Assembly: GCA_014155705.1 (NCBI GenBank)
Contig: JAAEKA010000038.1
Location: 1-48,708 of the forward strand
DNA from: Anaerolineae bacterium clx_CAG2
GTDB taxonomy: Bacteria > Chloroflexota > Anaerolineae > JAAEKA01
Length of the DNA: 48,708 bases
Direction: 5' to 3'
Below are positions 25,857 to 35,418 of the stretch, one piece after another; position 1 is the first letter of the stretch; every line of letters starts with the position of its first letter. The notes beneath the pieces were generated by a model. The model saw only the letters and a program-made list of their open reading frames with translations. It did not search any database and was not told the origin of the DNA. The translations under genes were made by a program, and so were the position numbers.

Positions 25857-28800
25857 ATGACATTCGTGCTGACGCCTTACGCCATCATCTGCGCAGCTAC
25901 TGCCGGCGTTGCACTGATCGTCGCCTACTTTGCCTGGCGTCGCCGGCGCATGTCAGGAGGCAGCGCCCTTGTCGCCCTTATGATCGCGGTCTGCATCTGG
26001 GCCGCGGGCACGGCGCTGGAGTACGCCACCGTCGGAATTCCCGGCAAAGTGTTCTGGTCGAAGATGGCATATTTCGGCGTTCTGAGCGCGCCGGTCTTCT
26101 ATCTGCTCTTTGCCCTGCATTACAACCAACTTGAGCGCTGGTTGACGCGCCGCACGATTGCACTGCTTTTTGTCGTTCCATTGCTGACTCTTGGACTTGC
26201 CTTCACCAACGAATGGCACGGCTTGATCTGGTCGAACGTGACGCCTGGCCCGGATGGCAACAATCTTGTCGTCTACGGGCATGGCACAGGCTTCTGGCTC
26301 GGTGTTGTGGGCTACGCCTACCTGCTCATGGCGATTGCGACTTGGCTTTTTGTGCGTTCTGCGCTGCGACTGTCAGGCATCTATCGGCGCCAGATCATCC
26401 TGATTCTGGTCGCAGCGCTGGCGCCCTGGCTGGTCAACATCATCTATCTCACCGGTCGTAGCCCTCTGCCGGGTCTGGAGTTGACGCCGCTGGTGCTGGT
26501 CTTCTCTGGCGCGCTTTTAGGTTGGGCAATTCTGGGCTTCCAGTTGCTCGATCTGGCGCCAGTGGCGCGTCAGATGCTGATCGAAACGATGTCTGAAGGC
26601 ATGATCGTCCTGAACCGCGCCCAGCGGGTAGTAGACATCAATCCTGCCGCACAGCAGCTTGTGGGCCTCAGAGGTCCCCGCCCGTTGGGCCGCCCTATCG
26701 AGCAGTTACTGCCGGACTGGGCGACCTGGGAGGAGCACTATTGGAGTCGTGGTCAGGCATCGGCCGAAATCGCATTGCATGGCGCGGAGGAACGCTACTT
26801 GCGGCTGACTGTCGTCCCGCTACACGGACGCAGGGGAGAGGGCGTCGGACGACTGCTTACCATGCACGACATCACCGCATGGCAGCAGACCGAAGCTGCG
26901 TTGGTGCAACAGAATGACTACCTCCACGCCCTTCAGCAGACTTCGCTGGATCTGATTGCTCAACTGGATCTGGCGAGACTCCTGGAGAATGTTGTTCTGC
27001 GCGCCGGTCAGTTGGTGGGGACATCCTCCGGTTATCTCGACCTGGTGGATCCAGACTCCGACCGTCTCAAGCCACAGATCGGCGTCGGCGCCCTCCAGGA
27101 GTCGCTCAGGCATTCTGTGCGGCCTGGGGAAGGCGTCGCCGGTACGGTCTGGCAGACCGGCCAACCGCTGGTAATCGATGACTACGACGCCTGGAGCGGA
27201 CGCATCGACAAGTTTGCCCCCAGCACGCTGCATTCAGTGGTTGGCGTGCCGCTGCGGCTGGGCGCCGAGGTGTTGGGGGTGCTGGGTCTAGGGCATCCGG
27301 CAGGCGTTCAGCGCACTTTCACGCCGGATCAGGTCGACCTGCTGAGCCAGTTTGGCTCATTAGCCGCAATTGCCATCAGCAACGCACGTCTTTATGCCCA
27401 GGCGCAACGCGAGAAACAATACTTCGAATCTCTGTTGCACAACAGCCCGGCGGCCACGACGATTATTGATCTGGAGGGCCGTATCCGCTCATGGAATCCC
27501 GCCGCGGAGGCGCTTTTTGGTTACACACCGTCGGAGGCGATTGGCCGGACAGCCGATCGGCTGGTGGCCGGGGGAGACAATCAGGCGCAGGAAGCGCGCA
27601 GCTTCACGCGCCACACGTTGGAACGTGGGCCGATCCGCGCTATTACCCGGCGCACCCGCAAGGATGGCGTGCAGGTGGACGTGGAACTGCGCGCTGTTCC
27701 CGTAGTTGTCGACGATAAAACCACAGGTGCGCTGGCGATCTACCACGACATCACAGAACTCCAGAAGGCGCGCCGGGCTGCTGAAGCTGCCAGCAGCGCC
27801 AAAAGCGAATTTCTCGCCAACATGAGCCATGAGCTGCGCACACCGCTCAACGCCATTCTTGGCTTCTCAAGACTCATGGCGCGCGACTCTCAACTCTCCC
27901 CAGGGCAAGCCGAAAACCTGGCAATCATCAACCGCAGCGGTGAGCATCTCCTGGGCTTGATCAACGATGTGCTGGACATGGCCAAGATCGAGGCCGGCCG
28001 CACCACACTGCAAGAGCACACCTTCGACCTGCATCATCTGCTGGATGATCTGGGTGATCTGTTCCGCCTGAGCGCTGCAGCTAAGGGACTCACGCTGAAC
28101 GTCACTCGCACGCCGGACGTGCCCCGTTTTGTCCACGCGGACGAGAGCAAGCTGCGCCAGGTACTGATCAATCTGCTGGGCAATGCGGTCAAGTTTACAG
28201 CGACGGGCAGCGTCGAACTATCTGTCAGCCCGGAGGGAACGCCCGCTGCGGGCGAAGTCGGTCTGGTGCGGTTCACTGTCCAGGACACAGGCCCAGGTAT
28301 CGCTCCCGACGAGTTGACGGTGATCTTTGAGCCGTTCGTCCAGTCGACCAGCAGTCGCACGACCCCGGAAGGGACGGGGCTTGGACTGCCGATCAGTCGT
28401 CAGTTCGTCCATCTCATGGGCGGTGAATTGACTGTCTCCAGCGCAGGTGTGCCGGGTGAAGGCAGCCGTTTTGAGGTCCTTTTGCCGCTGCGCCCGGCTG
28501 AGGCCGTCGATTTGAATACGATGCATCCACTGGCGACACGACGCATTATTGGCCTGGAGCCCGGCCAGCCGGCTTATCGCCTGCTGGTAGCCGACGACCG
28601 CGCCGAAAATCGCAAGCTGCTGGCAGATATGCTCACTCAACTGGGTTTTACCGTGCGCGCGGTAGAGAACGGCTTACAGGCGATCCAGGTCTGGGAAGAA
28701 TGGCAGCCGCAGATGGTCTGGATGGACCTGCGCATGCCAGTGTTGGATGGCAGTGAAGCTGCGAAGCGCATCAAGGCCACTGCACAGGGGCAACAGACGG

Positions 28801-29216
28801 CAGTGATCGCAGTGTCGGCCGGTGTCCTGGGGGATGAGCAGGCAGCGGTGCTGGCTGAGGGCTGCGACGACTTCGTACCCAAGCCCTACCGGGAGGATGA
28901 GATCGTGGCTTGTCTGGTTAAACACCTCGGTGTGCGCATGGTCTGTACCGACATCGCGCCCGATAGCGCTGCGCTTACGGCGCGTCAGGAAACGGCTGTA
29001 TCGCTTGATCTGGCCAATCTGCCTGCCGGTTGGCTCAGTCAAGTGACACGGGCAGCCCTGACGGCCGACGCCGCGCAGCTTCAGCAGTTAATAATTAACA
29101 TAAGGGACGAGCAACCGGCGTTGGCTCAGGTCCTGAGCGCCTGGATCGAAGACTATGACTACGGCGCAATTCTGGCTGCCGTCACTACGTCTGAGGCGGG
29201 ATCGTCGAAGCCGTAA
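25857..29216 (+). CDS. hybrid sensor histidine kinase: N-terminal 7-TM-like sensor, PAS-GAF-PAS, HisKA, HATPase, receiver, conserved C-terminal tail
   Basis: Hydrophobic N-terminal 230 aa. H-box [25 protein letters not shown] and GTGLGLPIS. Receiver [14 protein letters not shown]...[11 protein letters not shown]...[10 protein letters not shown]. Confidence 0.9.
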   Translation: MTFVLTPYAIICAATAGVALIVAYFAWRRRRMSGGSALVALMIAVCIWAAGTALEYATVGIPGKVFWSKMAYFGVLSAPVFYLLFALHYNQLERWLTRRTIALLFVVPLLTLGLAFTNEWHGLIWSNVTPGPDGNNLVVYGHGTGFWLGVVGYAYLLMAIATWLFVRSALRLSGIYRRQIILILVAALAPWLVNIIYLTGRSPLPGLELTPLVLVFSGALLGWAILGFQLLDLAPVARQMLIETMSEGMIVLNRAQRVVDINPAAQQLVGLRGPRPLGRPIEQLLPDWATWEEHYWSRGQASAEIALHGAEERYLRLTVVPLHGRRGEGVGRLLTMHDITAWQQTEAALVQQNDYLHALQQTSLDLIAQLDLARLLENVVLRAGQLVGTSSGYLDLVDPDSDRLKPQIGVGALQESLRHSVRPGEGVAGTVWQTGQPLVIDDYDAWSGRIDKFAPSTLHSVVGVPLRLGAEVLGVLGLGHPAGVQRTFTPDQVDLLSQFGSLAAIAISNARLYAQAQREKQYFESLLHNSPAATTIIDLEGRIRSWNPAAEALFGYTPSEAIGRTADRLVAGGDNQAQEARSFTRHTLERGPIRAITRRTRKDGVQVDVELRAVPVVVDDKTTGALAIYHDITELQKARRAAEAASSAKSEFLANMSHELRTPLNAILGFSRLMARDSQLSPGQAENLAIINRSGEHLLGLINDVLDMAKIEAGRTTLQEHTFDLHHLLDDLGDLFRLSAAAKGLTLNVTRTPDVPRFVHADESKLRQVLINLLGNAVKFTATGSVELSVSPEGTPAAGEVGLVRFTVQDTGPGIAPDELTVIFEPFVQSTSSRTTPEGTGLGLPISRQFVHLMGGELTVSSAGVPGEGSRFEVLLPLRPAEAVDLNTMHPLATRRIIGLEPGQPAYRLLVADDRAENRKLLADMLTQLGFTVRAVENGLQAIQVWEEWQPQMVWMDLRMPVLDGSEAAKRIKATAQGQQTAVIAVSAGVLGDEQAAVLAEGCDDFVPKPYREDEIVACLVKHLGVRMVCTDIAPDSAALTARQETAVSLDLANLPAGWLSQVTRAALTADAAQLQQLIINIRDEQPALAQVLSAWIEDYDYGAILAAVTTSEAGSSKP

Positions 29217-29231
29217 CCCCGGCGCCGGGCT

Positions 29232-29330
29232 GCTAAGCCGAGTCCATGTAGAAAGCGGGAGTTTTCGCGAGCGCTTCGTGCTTGATCCAGCTATTACAAG
29301 CTCCTAGTTTCCAGAGGATACCAGTTTAGT
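29232..29330 (+). ncRNA. copy A of a 99-nt conserved element (candidate structured RNA, unknown family)
   Basis: 81 of 99 identical, without gaps, to 47061-47159. See findings for the supported helices. Confidence 0.45.
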
Positions 29331-29362
29331 ATTGCCGGGCGGGAGTTGTTTCAGTACATTTT

Positions 29363-29393
29363 GCTCTAGCCGGTTCACGGAACCGGCTAGAGC
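29363..29393. terminator. perfect 14-bp hairpin GCTCTAGCCGGTTC-ACG-GAACCGGCTAGAGC between convergent genes (no U-tract)
   Basis: Read directly. It lies 33 nt beyond the stop of the minus-strand gene and 33 nt beyond copy A of the 99-nt element. Confidence 0.4.
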
Positions 29394-29425
29394 GGCGCCT
29401 ATGGACGCACTTCCGCCGCAATCTG

Positions 29426-29968
29426 CTAGACGTCTTTGACCTTGTCCACGGCTTCGTCGACGACTGCCGACGCTGCTTCAGCGGCGGCTTCGCCAGCCTC
29501 TGCTGCGGCTTTGCCGGCATCGGCTGCGGCCTCGCCAGCCGACTTGACGGCCTGTTCGGCCTTGCTCTTGTCAAGGAATTCGTTCAGTTCCTCGTTGATA
29601 CGGCGCAGACCGGACAGCAAGCCTTGCTTGAACTGCTGGGTCAACTCGCTTTTCTGCACTACATCAGCCGCACGTGTGGCCTGGCTTTGGACATCTTTGG
29701 TCACATCGCTTTTGCGCACATCCTCGGCCACGCGATCGATGCTGTCGCCGGCCATCTTCAACGCCTTGCGGATTTCTTCCTCGGCCTTGTGGCGCTCATC
29801 GCTTTCCCAGACTGTCTGCACGGCGGCGGCGACCTTGTGGCCAAGCTGGCCCAGCTCGTTCATGATTTGGTTGGCGGCGCTTTCGCCGCCCTGAGCAGCC
29901 GCCTTGGCCGCGTTTTCAGCCGCCTGGGCAGCTTCGTCAACTGGATGGTTGGTGGTCTCTTCGTTCAT
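29426..29968 (-). CDS. Ala/Glu/Lys-rich predicted all-helical protein (phasin/LEA/apolipoprotein-like composition), function unknown
   Basis: 180-aa ORF with SD AGAGGA 8 nt upstream. Coding-like codon usage. No TM segment or signal peptide. Confidence 0.6.
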   Translation of the reverse strand: MNEETTNHPVDEAAQAAENAAKAAAQGGESAANQIMNELGQLGHKVAAAVQTVWESDERHKAEEEIRKALKMAGDSIDRVAEDVRKSDVTKDVQSQATRAADVVQKSELTQQFKQGLLSGLRRINEELNEFLDKSKAEQAVKSAGEAAADAGKAAAEAGEAAAEAASAVVDEAVDKVKDV

Positions 29969-30107
29969 GGGTAGTAGTTCCTCTTTGTCTGGGCTGCCAA
30001 ACTAATCGCTAACCGTTGTTCACAGGAAGTACACGGGTCCTTCTGCGCGCAGCCATTGCGCCCGTCAAACTTCTATACCACTGTACGAGCTTGCTGCTTC
30101 CCAGGTT

Positions 30108-32993
30108 TCAGCGCACGGTCGTGATTCGCGCCGCCGTCGGCAGGCGCAGGGCGTCGCCGATGACTTGCCCCTCGCCGTTGACCCAGGGCACCCGTTGTCC
30201 GGTCGCCCGGTCGTAGAGGCCAACCAGCAGTGTGGCCGGGCCCAGCAGCGCGTTGTTTTGCACGCGCACGCTGTGCCGGTCAGCGATGAACTCATCGGGC
30301 AGCCAGCTCGATGTGGGACGGCTGCCGCTGGCCGGCTCCTGGTCTGACTGACCGATGATCACCCCTTGTTCGTCGACCAGATGTACGAATACGGTCAATC
30401 GCTCGCCCGTGGTTTCATTCGGCTGCCAATAAAGTATGAGGTCCATCGTCTCGCCTGGCGCCACGCGGCTGGTGGCCAGATCATAGCCTACCAGCTTGCC
30501 CAACCGCTCCAGGTTGGCGTCAGTGGTCACGCGCGGCTCAGGCGCAGCAGTGGTCAGCTTGTGTGTGTCAATGCGGACCTGGCCCAGCTCGGCCTGCTGG
30601 ACGCTGCCCCTGAGGATGCCGAAGGGACCGCTGCGCCAGGTGGCCGGCAGCCGTTCGCCTGTGGCCGGGTCGAACAACCCGGAGACCAGACTGTAGTCGC
30701 CGGCGGCCAGCGTCGCCGGCAAGCGCAGCGTGTGTTGACTGCGCAACAGCTCATCTGGCTGCCAGTCCCCGGTTGGTCGCCAGGGCACCGGCGGTCCTTC
30801 CCAGGCGGTCGCAACCTGCCCCTGCCGATCCAGCAGTTGTACGAAGGCTGACAGGTCGGTGTTGGCAGCGCCGGGCAGCGCCTGCCAGAACAGATTGATC
30901 GTCAGATCGTTGCCGGGCAACAAGGGACCTGGCGTAGCGCTGTAACCCAGCAGTCGTGCTGCGTCGCCCAGAGTGGCCTCTTGGCTGTGCTCCATTGGCA
31001 GCGCGCTAAGGGGCGGCGCTGGCATGGGCGCCTGCACGTCGATCTCGCCCAGCGCCAACTCGCTGCCTTGGTCGGCCGGCTCCAGCAGATCGATGGGGCG
31101 CCCATCGTCTGGATGAGCCAGGCTGAGACGCAGGGCATAGCGGCCGGCCGGCATACCGGCCGGCGCCAGCAGCCCCACCCGCAGCGCGCCATCTTGCTCA
31201 ACAACGACGTCCCGTTGCGCCCAGATGCGGCCGTCGGCGCTGGCCAAGCGCAGACTGGCCAGATGCTGCCCCGTGACCCCGGCGAATTCCAGCGTGACCG
31301 GTAGCACGTCGTTGGACGCGGACAGCGCCTGCGGGATGTGGGTGACATCCACCTGAACATCGCCGTCGAAGGCGGCCGAGGTCGTGACAGGCGCGCTGCC
31401 AGTTGGGGCAGGCTGAGGCGCGGCCCAGCCGGTCAATCGGGTGCTCGGACTGTACCAGCGGTTGGCGAGCTGGTAGTTGCTTTGGGCCAGGTGCTGTTCG
31501 ACGGCGTTTTCCAGCAGCCCACCGAGCGACTGATGCATAGGGAACCAGACCCGGCCGCTGCTGAGCGCGTCGTCCAGGGCCGTCGCGATCTCTGGCCCCC
31601 AATCGCCGCCGGGCGACAGCTCAGGTTGCGGTCCGTCGGGCAGGCCATAGCTCCAGAAATAGCCCACCTGCCAGGGATAGACTGCGAAAACCGTGTCCTC
31701 GGCGCGGCCCCACTGTGTCACCTGGCCGATCAGCGGCCTGTAGTCCTCATCAGCATAGCGCGGCGCGGTGTAGAAGGTGGCCAGGGAGATGGCAGCCAAC
31801 AAAGCCAGCCCAGCTACGAAGAGCCGCGGCAGCGGGCTGCGTGGCGGCAGCACGATGATGCGCTGGCCGGGACTGAGCACCGGATCGGGCGGCGCCCAGG
31901 TAGCTGCCAACAGTAAGATGAAGGTGGGCAAGCCCAACAGCAGCAGCCGTTCGCCGCGCTCCGGGAAGAAGGGATAGCCCAGATTGACCAACCAGCCCAG
32001 CCCCAGCACAACGCTCAGGGTGATACCCAGAAAGCTCAGAACCAGGCCATGACTCGGATCCAGTGGGCGGCGCTGCGTCAGACGAATCAAACCAATCGCC
32101 AGCAGGATCACCCCCAGCAGGCCCAGCGGCCACCAGCCCGCCAGCGGCCCTTCCAGATGGCCGGCGCTGTAGGCGGCCAGGTGGCGGGCCAGGTAGATCA
32201 GCAGACCTAGCGGCTGATCCGAGTCGGCGACGATCTTTTGCGAGACATATGGCACAAGTTTGGGCGCAGCGTACAGGATCCACGGCAGGAAAAGTAGCAC
32301 GACCCCGCCCTGCGCAGCCAGCCAGACAAGGATGCGCTCCGGCGCGGCCTGACGGCGCCACAGCACCACGCCACCGGCGGCGGCCAGACCGGCCAGCAGG
32401 AATGCGGCGTAGTACTGCGTGTACAGCGCCAGAGTGATGGCGGCTGCGTAGCCGGCCAGCCAGCCCCAACCGGCGGGCCGTGTGTCGCCGCGTATGAGCC
32501 GTCCCAGGCCCAGCCAGCGGCCGGCCGCGCCGATGGCCAGCAGCGACCACAGCGCGACCAGGGCGTACATACGCACTTCCTGGGAATAATAGATATGCAG
32601 GGGGTTGATGGCCAGCAGGAAGGCTGCGGCCAGTCCCACGCGCCGGCCGCTGAGACCATAGCCGACCAGGTAGATCAACGGCACTGCGGCCACGCCAGCC
32701 GCCACCGACAGCCAGCGTAAAGCCACCGGCCCCAGCCCAAAGATTTGCGACCAACCACCCAGCAGCGCGTAGTAGAGGGGGGGATGGATGTCCAGAGCAG
32801 TCAATCGCAGCATGTCGCCCAACGGCTGGTGCGCAAACCAGACGCTGTAGCCTTCATCCCACCACAGCGGCTGGAAATCCAGGCGGGCTGCTCGCAAGAG
32901 CAGGGCCAGCAGCGTCAGTAACGCGACCAGCAGGGCGTCGCTGCTCCTACTGCTGCGTCCAGACGACGTATAACCAACGGAACTGGTCGTCAT
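30108..32993 (-). CDS. GT-C family 39 (PMT/ArnT-like) membrane glycosyltransferase with roughly 500-aa extracytoplasmic C-terminal repeats
   Basis: First-loop WWDEGYSVWF (DE motif), IHPPLYY, about 11 or more TM helices, then three LLGY...LYW...W.P(D/G)E...GLY(D) beta-sandwich-like repeats. Confidence 0.85.
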   Translation of the reverse strand: MTTSSVGYTSSGRSSRSSDALLVALLTLLALLLRAARLDFQPLWWDEGYSVWFAHQPLGDMLRLTALDIHPPLYYALLGGWSQIFGLGPVALRWLSVAAGVAAVPLIYLVGYGLSGRRVGLAAAFLLAINPLHIYYSQEVRMYALVALWSLLAIGAAGRWLGLGRLIRGDTRPAGWGWLAGYAAAITLALYTQYYAAFLLAGLAAAGGVVLWRRQAAPERILVWLAAQGGVVLLFLPWILYAAPKLVPYVSQKIVADSDQPLGLLIYLARHLAAYSAGHLEGPLAGWWPLGLLGVILLAIGLIRLTQRRPLDPSHGLVLSFLGITLSVVLGLGWLVNLGYPFFPERGERLLLLGLPTFILLLAATWAPPDPVLSPGQRIIVLPPRSPLPRLFVAGLALLAAISLATFYTAPRYADEDYRPLIGQVTQWGRAEDTVFAVYPWQVGYFWSYGLPDGPQPELSPGGDWGPEIATALDDALSSGRVWFPMHQSLGGLLENAVEQHLAQSNYQLANRWYSPSTRLTGWAAPQPAPTGSAPVTTSAAFDGDVQVDVTHIPQALSASNDVLPVTLEFAGVTGQHLASLRLASADGRIWAQRDVVVEQDGALRVGLLAPAGMPAGRYALRLSLAHPDDGRPIDLLEPADQGSELALGEIDVQAPMPAPPLSALPMEHSQEATLGDAARLLGYSATPGPLLPGNDLTINLFWQALPGAANTDLSAFVQLLDRQGQVATAWEGPPVPWRPTGDWQPDELLRSQHTLRLPATLAAGDYSLVSGLFDPATGERLPATWRSGPFGILRGSVQQAELGQVRIDTHKLTTAAPEPRVTTDANLERLGKLVGYDLATSRVAPGETMDLILYWQPNETTGERLTVFVHLVDEQGVIIGQSDQEPASGSRPTSSWLPDEFIADRHSVRVQNNALLGPATLLVGLYDRATGQRVPWVNGEGQVIGDALRLPTAARITTVR

Positions 32994-34083
32994 CCTGTGT
33001 ATACCGCACTATCGGTGAGACCTGGCGACCTGCGCCGTCTACCAGCCAGAGCGCGAAGCTGTTGCCAGCCAGCGCGCTCTTGCCGCGCGTGTCGTAGATC
33101 AGATTGGCCTGGCGGTAGTCGGCAAAGTCCACGCTGGGCGCAGTGCCCTGCCAGGGACCTCCGCTGGTGGCCGGGGAGAGCCATTGCAGGCCCGTGATCT
33201 CATTGACCACCCGCAGGTAGAAGCCGGCCAGCGGGGTGTCATCGTCATCGTTGACCTTTACGCCGACGCGCAGGTAGTCCTGATTGAAGGGGTAAGTAGT
33301 CTCCTCGGTGAGTCCGAAGAGAAAATCGCCGCCGGCCGGCGTTGAAGCAACGGCAGCAGCCTCTGCCGTCGGAGTCGACTCAGGGGTGGGCGTCGGCAGG
33401 TCAGCAGCCAGAGCGACGGTTTCCAGCGGCCCTTCAGCGCGCACGACCTCGTCTGCCAGCCAGCCGGTTTGGCCCTCAAAGCAGCAGATTTGCCACCACT
33501 GGGCGTCCTGGTCACGGCCGACGATCTCCAGCCGCTGCCCTTGCAACACCTGGCCCAGCACGTTGAAGTTGGCTCCAGGGCCGCTACGCACGTTAACGCG
33601 CGGGTTGCTGACCACGACTTCTGGCTTAGGTTCGGGGGTGGCTGTGGGCGGCTCAGGCGTAGGCGTGGGCGGCTCAGGCGTAGGCGTGGGCGGCTCAGGC
33701 GTGGGCGTGGGCGGCGGCGGCTCCGGGGTAGCAGTCGGCAGCTCGACCTGCTGCAGCGCCTGCACAACGTCAGCCTGTTCGGGCGTAGGCGTCTCAGGCT
33801 GGGCCACAAGCTCTGACGGCGCGCTGGCTTCAGCCGCGGCCGGCGATGTAGCTGTGGGCGCGGTGGTCGGTGTAAATGTGGGCCGCAGCGCAAGCTGGGG
33901 CCGGGGTGTCGGGGTGGGGTACTCGACCAGCGAGTTGACTAGCGCACAGCCAGGCAGCAACATCAGCACGGCAAGCGCCACGAGTACAGGGAGCTTAGGG
34001 TTCCGCAAACGGCACGACCTCCTCGCACCAGGGGGTAGAGCAACATGGACTGCCCATCTGGCAGGGAGAGAAGTATAGCACAA
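32947..34083 (-). CDS. lipoprotein with Pro/Thr/Glu-rich linker, SH3b-like domain (WWQICC) and C-terminal beta-rich domain
   Basis: Lipobox LMLLPGC, (PEPPTPT)n linker, VNVRSGPGANFNVLGQV...WWQICC. The 3' end overlaps the GT39 start by 47 nt. Confidence 0.75.
   Translation of the reverse strand: MCYTSLPARWAVHVALPPGARRSCRLRNPKLPVLVALAVLMLLPGCALVNSLVEYPTPTPRPQLALRPTFTPTTAPTATSPAAAEASAPSELVAQPETPTPEQADVVQALQQVELPTATPEPPPPTPTPEPPTPTPEPPTPTPEPPTATPEPKPEVVVSNPRVNVRSGPGANFNVLGQVLQGQRLEIVGRDQDAQWWQICCFEGQTGWLADEVVRAEGPLETVALAADLPTPTPESTPTAEAAAVASTPAGGDFLFGLTEETTYPFNQDYLRVGVKVNDDDDTPLAGFYLRVVNEITGLQWLSPATSGGPWQGTAPSVDFADYRQANLIYDTRGKSALAGNSFALWLVDGAGRQVSPIVRYTQDDDQFRWLYVVWTQQ
33647..33709. repeat. three tandem 21-nt units (GGGCGGCTCAGGCGTAGGCGT) encoding the PEPPTPT linker on the minus strand
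   Basis: Read directly. A fourth, degenerate unit follows. Confidence 0.8.
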
Positions 34084-34132
34084 GAAGGACTAACAGCGTA
34101 ATTTATCAGCAGGCAGACTGCGGAAGTCGCCG

Positions 34133-35149
34133 TCAGCGGGTATCGAAGAAGCTGACGTAGATTTCCTGGCCGCCGCGGGTCTCGAAAGTCACAGGCATCG
34201 AGAGCTCTGCGCCGTTGGCGTCGGTGACGATAATGGTCCATTGGGCGTCGCCTGCTTCAGGGAAGTATTCATACTTGAGATTGTACTGGCGGCGATTGCC
34301 CAGTGGCTCGCCCAAGGCGGTTGGGGCAGAGAACTGGAAGAAGCCACTGGTCAGGCCTGGCTGGCTCACATCGGCGCCGTTGCGCAGCACCTTGAGGCGC
34401 AGGTTGGCGATCGGCGCAGTCAGGGGCGGCTGGCCGACAAAAGTCTTGAGCCAGATGGTCAGCCATGGATTATTGGTCTGCCATAGTTCTGGTCCTTCAG
34501 CCAGTTGCACGGGGCGGAAGGGGCCAGGCGTGGGCGGCGGCACGGGTGTGTCCACAGGCGTGGCCGTGGGGAAGGGGGTGGGCGGCAGGTCGGGCGGGAA
34601 GATGATCGGCACGGTATCGGCAGGGCCGCCCGGCGCAGTGAGCTGGGTGGTGATCCAGACCTGTTGGCCGTTTACGCAGCAAATTTGCCACCAAGTGAAG
34701 GCTTCGTTGCGGCCGGTGATGTCGTAGCGTTCGTCCTGGCGCACCTGGCCAACGATGGGATAGGCCACGCTTGGGCCGCTGCGCACGTTGACAACAGGGG
34801 CAACGACCAGCACGTAGGGCGGCGCAACAGGCGTCGGCGTGTCCACTGGCGTCGGCAACGGCGTCCAGGTGGGCGTAGGGGTAGGAGTGTAGTAGGGTGT
34901 GGCGGTGGGCGTGAGCGTGGGAAAGTCCACGCCGGCCTGCACTGTAAGCGTGGCGATCTCGGCCGGCGACAACGCCCCCACGGGAGAGGGCGTCCAGGTA
35001 GGCAGCGGCGGCGGCAGCGTCGGTCTGGGGGTAGGGGTCGGCTCACCCACCAACATCTGGCCCAGCGAGCAGCCCAGGCTGGTGGCAAGCAACAGGATCA
35101 TCAGGGCCGCCAACCGTAGCCGGCTGACGCTGTGGATAGCGTGACTCAT
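34133..35149 (-). CDS. paralogous lipoprotein with Pro/Thr-rich linker, SH3b-like domain (WWQICC) and C-terminal beta-rich domain
   Basis: Lipobox LLATSLGC and VNVRSGPSVAYPIVGQV...WWQICCVNGQ. Same architecture as 32947-34083. Confidence 0.75.
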   Translation of the reverse strand: MSHAIHSVSRLRLAALMILLLATSLGCSLGQMLVGEPTPTPRPTLPPPLPTWTPSPVGALSPAEIATLTVQAGVDFPTLTPTATPYYTPTPTPTWTPLPTPVDTPTPVAPPYVLVVAPVVNVRSGPSVAYPIVGQVRQDERYDITGRNEAFTWWQICCVNGQQVWITTQLTAPGGPADTVPIIFPPDLPPTPFPTATPVDTPVPPPTPGPFRPVQLAEGPELWQTNNPWLTIWLKTFVGQPPLTAPIANLRLKVLRNGADVSQPGLTSGFFQFSAPTALGEPLGNRRQYNLKYEYFPEAGDAQWTIIVTDANGAELSMPVTFETRGGQEIYVSFFDTR

Positions 35150-35278
35150 GGTGGATGTCTACGGTGGGGCCCCGCCGGGTGGTGAGGCGTAAATGTACGT
35201 GTTGAGCCCAAGACGGCAGCCAGCGCGGGCAAGTTCCACAGTGTGCGGTCCGCCCGGTTGTCCTTGAGCCAGTCAGGC

Positions 35279-35306
35279 AGTATAGCATAGGCCGCGCGGC
35301 TTTCAA
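35279..35306 (-). promoter_or_regulatory. sigma70-like promoter TTGAAA-16-TATACT (TGC extended -10) for the lipoprotein/GT39 operon
   Basis: Reverse complement of tttcaa (35301-35306) and agtata (35279-35284). Confidence 0.45.
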
Positions 35307-35321
35307 AATGGCGGATGGAAC

Positions 35322-35350
35322 TTGCCGTTTCAGCGCTTTTGGTGTATGAT
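35322..35350 (+). promoter_or_regulatory. sigma70-like promoter TTGCCG-17-TATGAT for rplI
   Basis: Read directly. It is back to back with the divergent promoter. Confidence 0.4.
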
Positions 35351-35418
35351 CTGACCCGTGCCACAAGCGCCGCCTGTTCGCCGGCGGCTGATGTTTTTTT
35401 AGGAGTAGAGCAAAACCC

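Noticed and set aside
23168-25863. Very long antisense ORFs (23168-24595, 475 aa; 24451-25863, 470 aa). Similar ones lie opposite other genes (12989-14086, 17847-18902, 19133-20146, 21875-22693, 35146-35916, 45514-46503, 37235-38137).
   Set aside because: Each lies opposite a gene with clear family motifs. Their translations are Arg/Ala/Gly/Pro-rich low-complexity strings typical of shadow ORFs in high-GC DNA. No motifs, no SD and no sensible boundaries.
29232-29330. Integron attC site or MITE interpretation of the 99-nt element.
   Set aside because: The termini (GYTAARC ... GTTTAGW) do not fit the RYYYAAC / GTTRRRY cores. There is no integrase or cassette array, no target-site duplication that I can see, and pairing relies on G-U wobble that works only on one strand.
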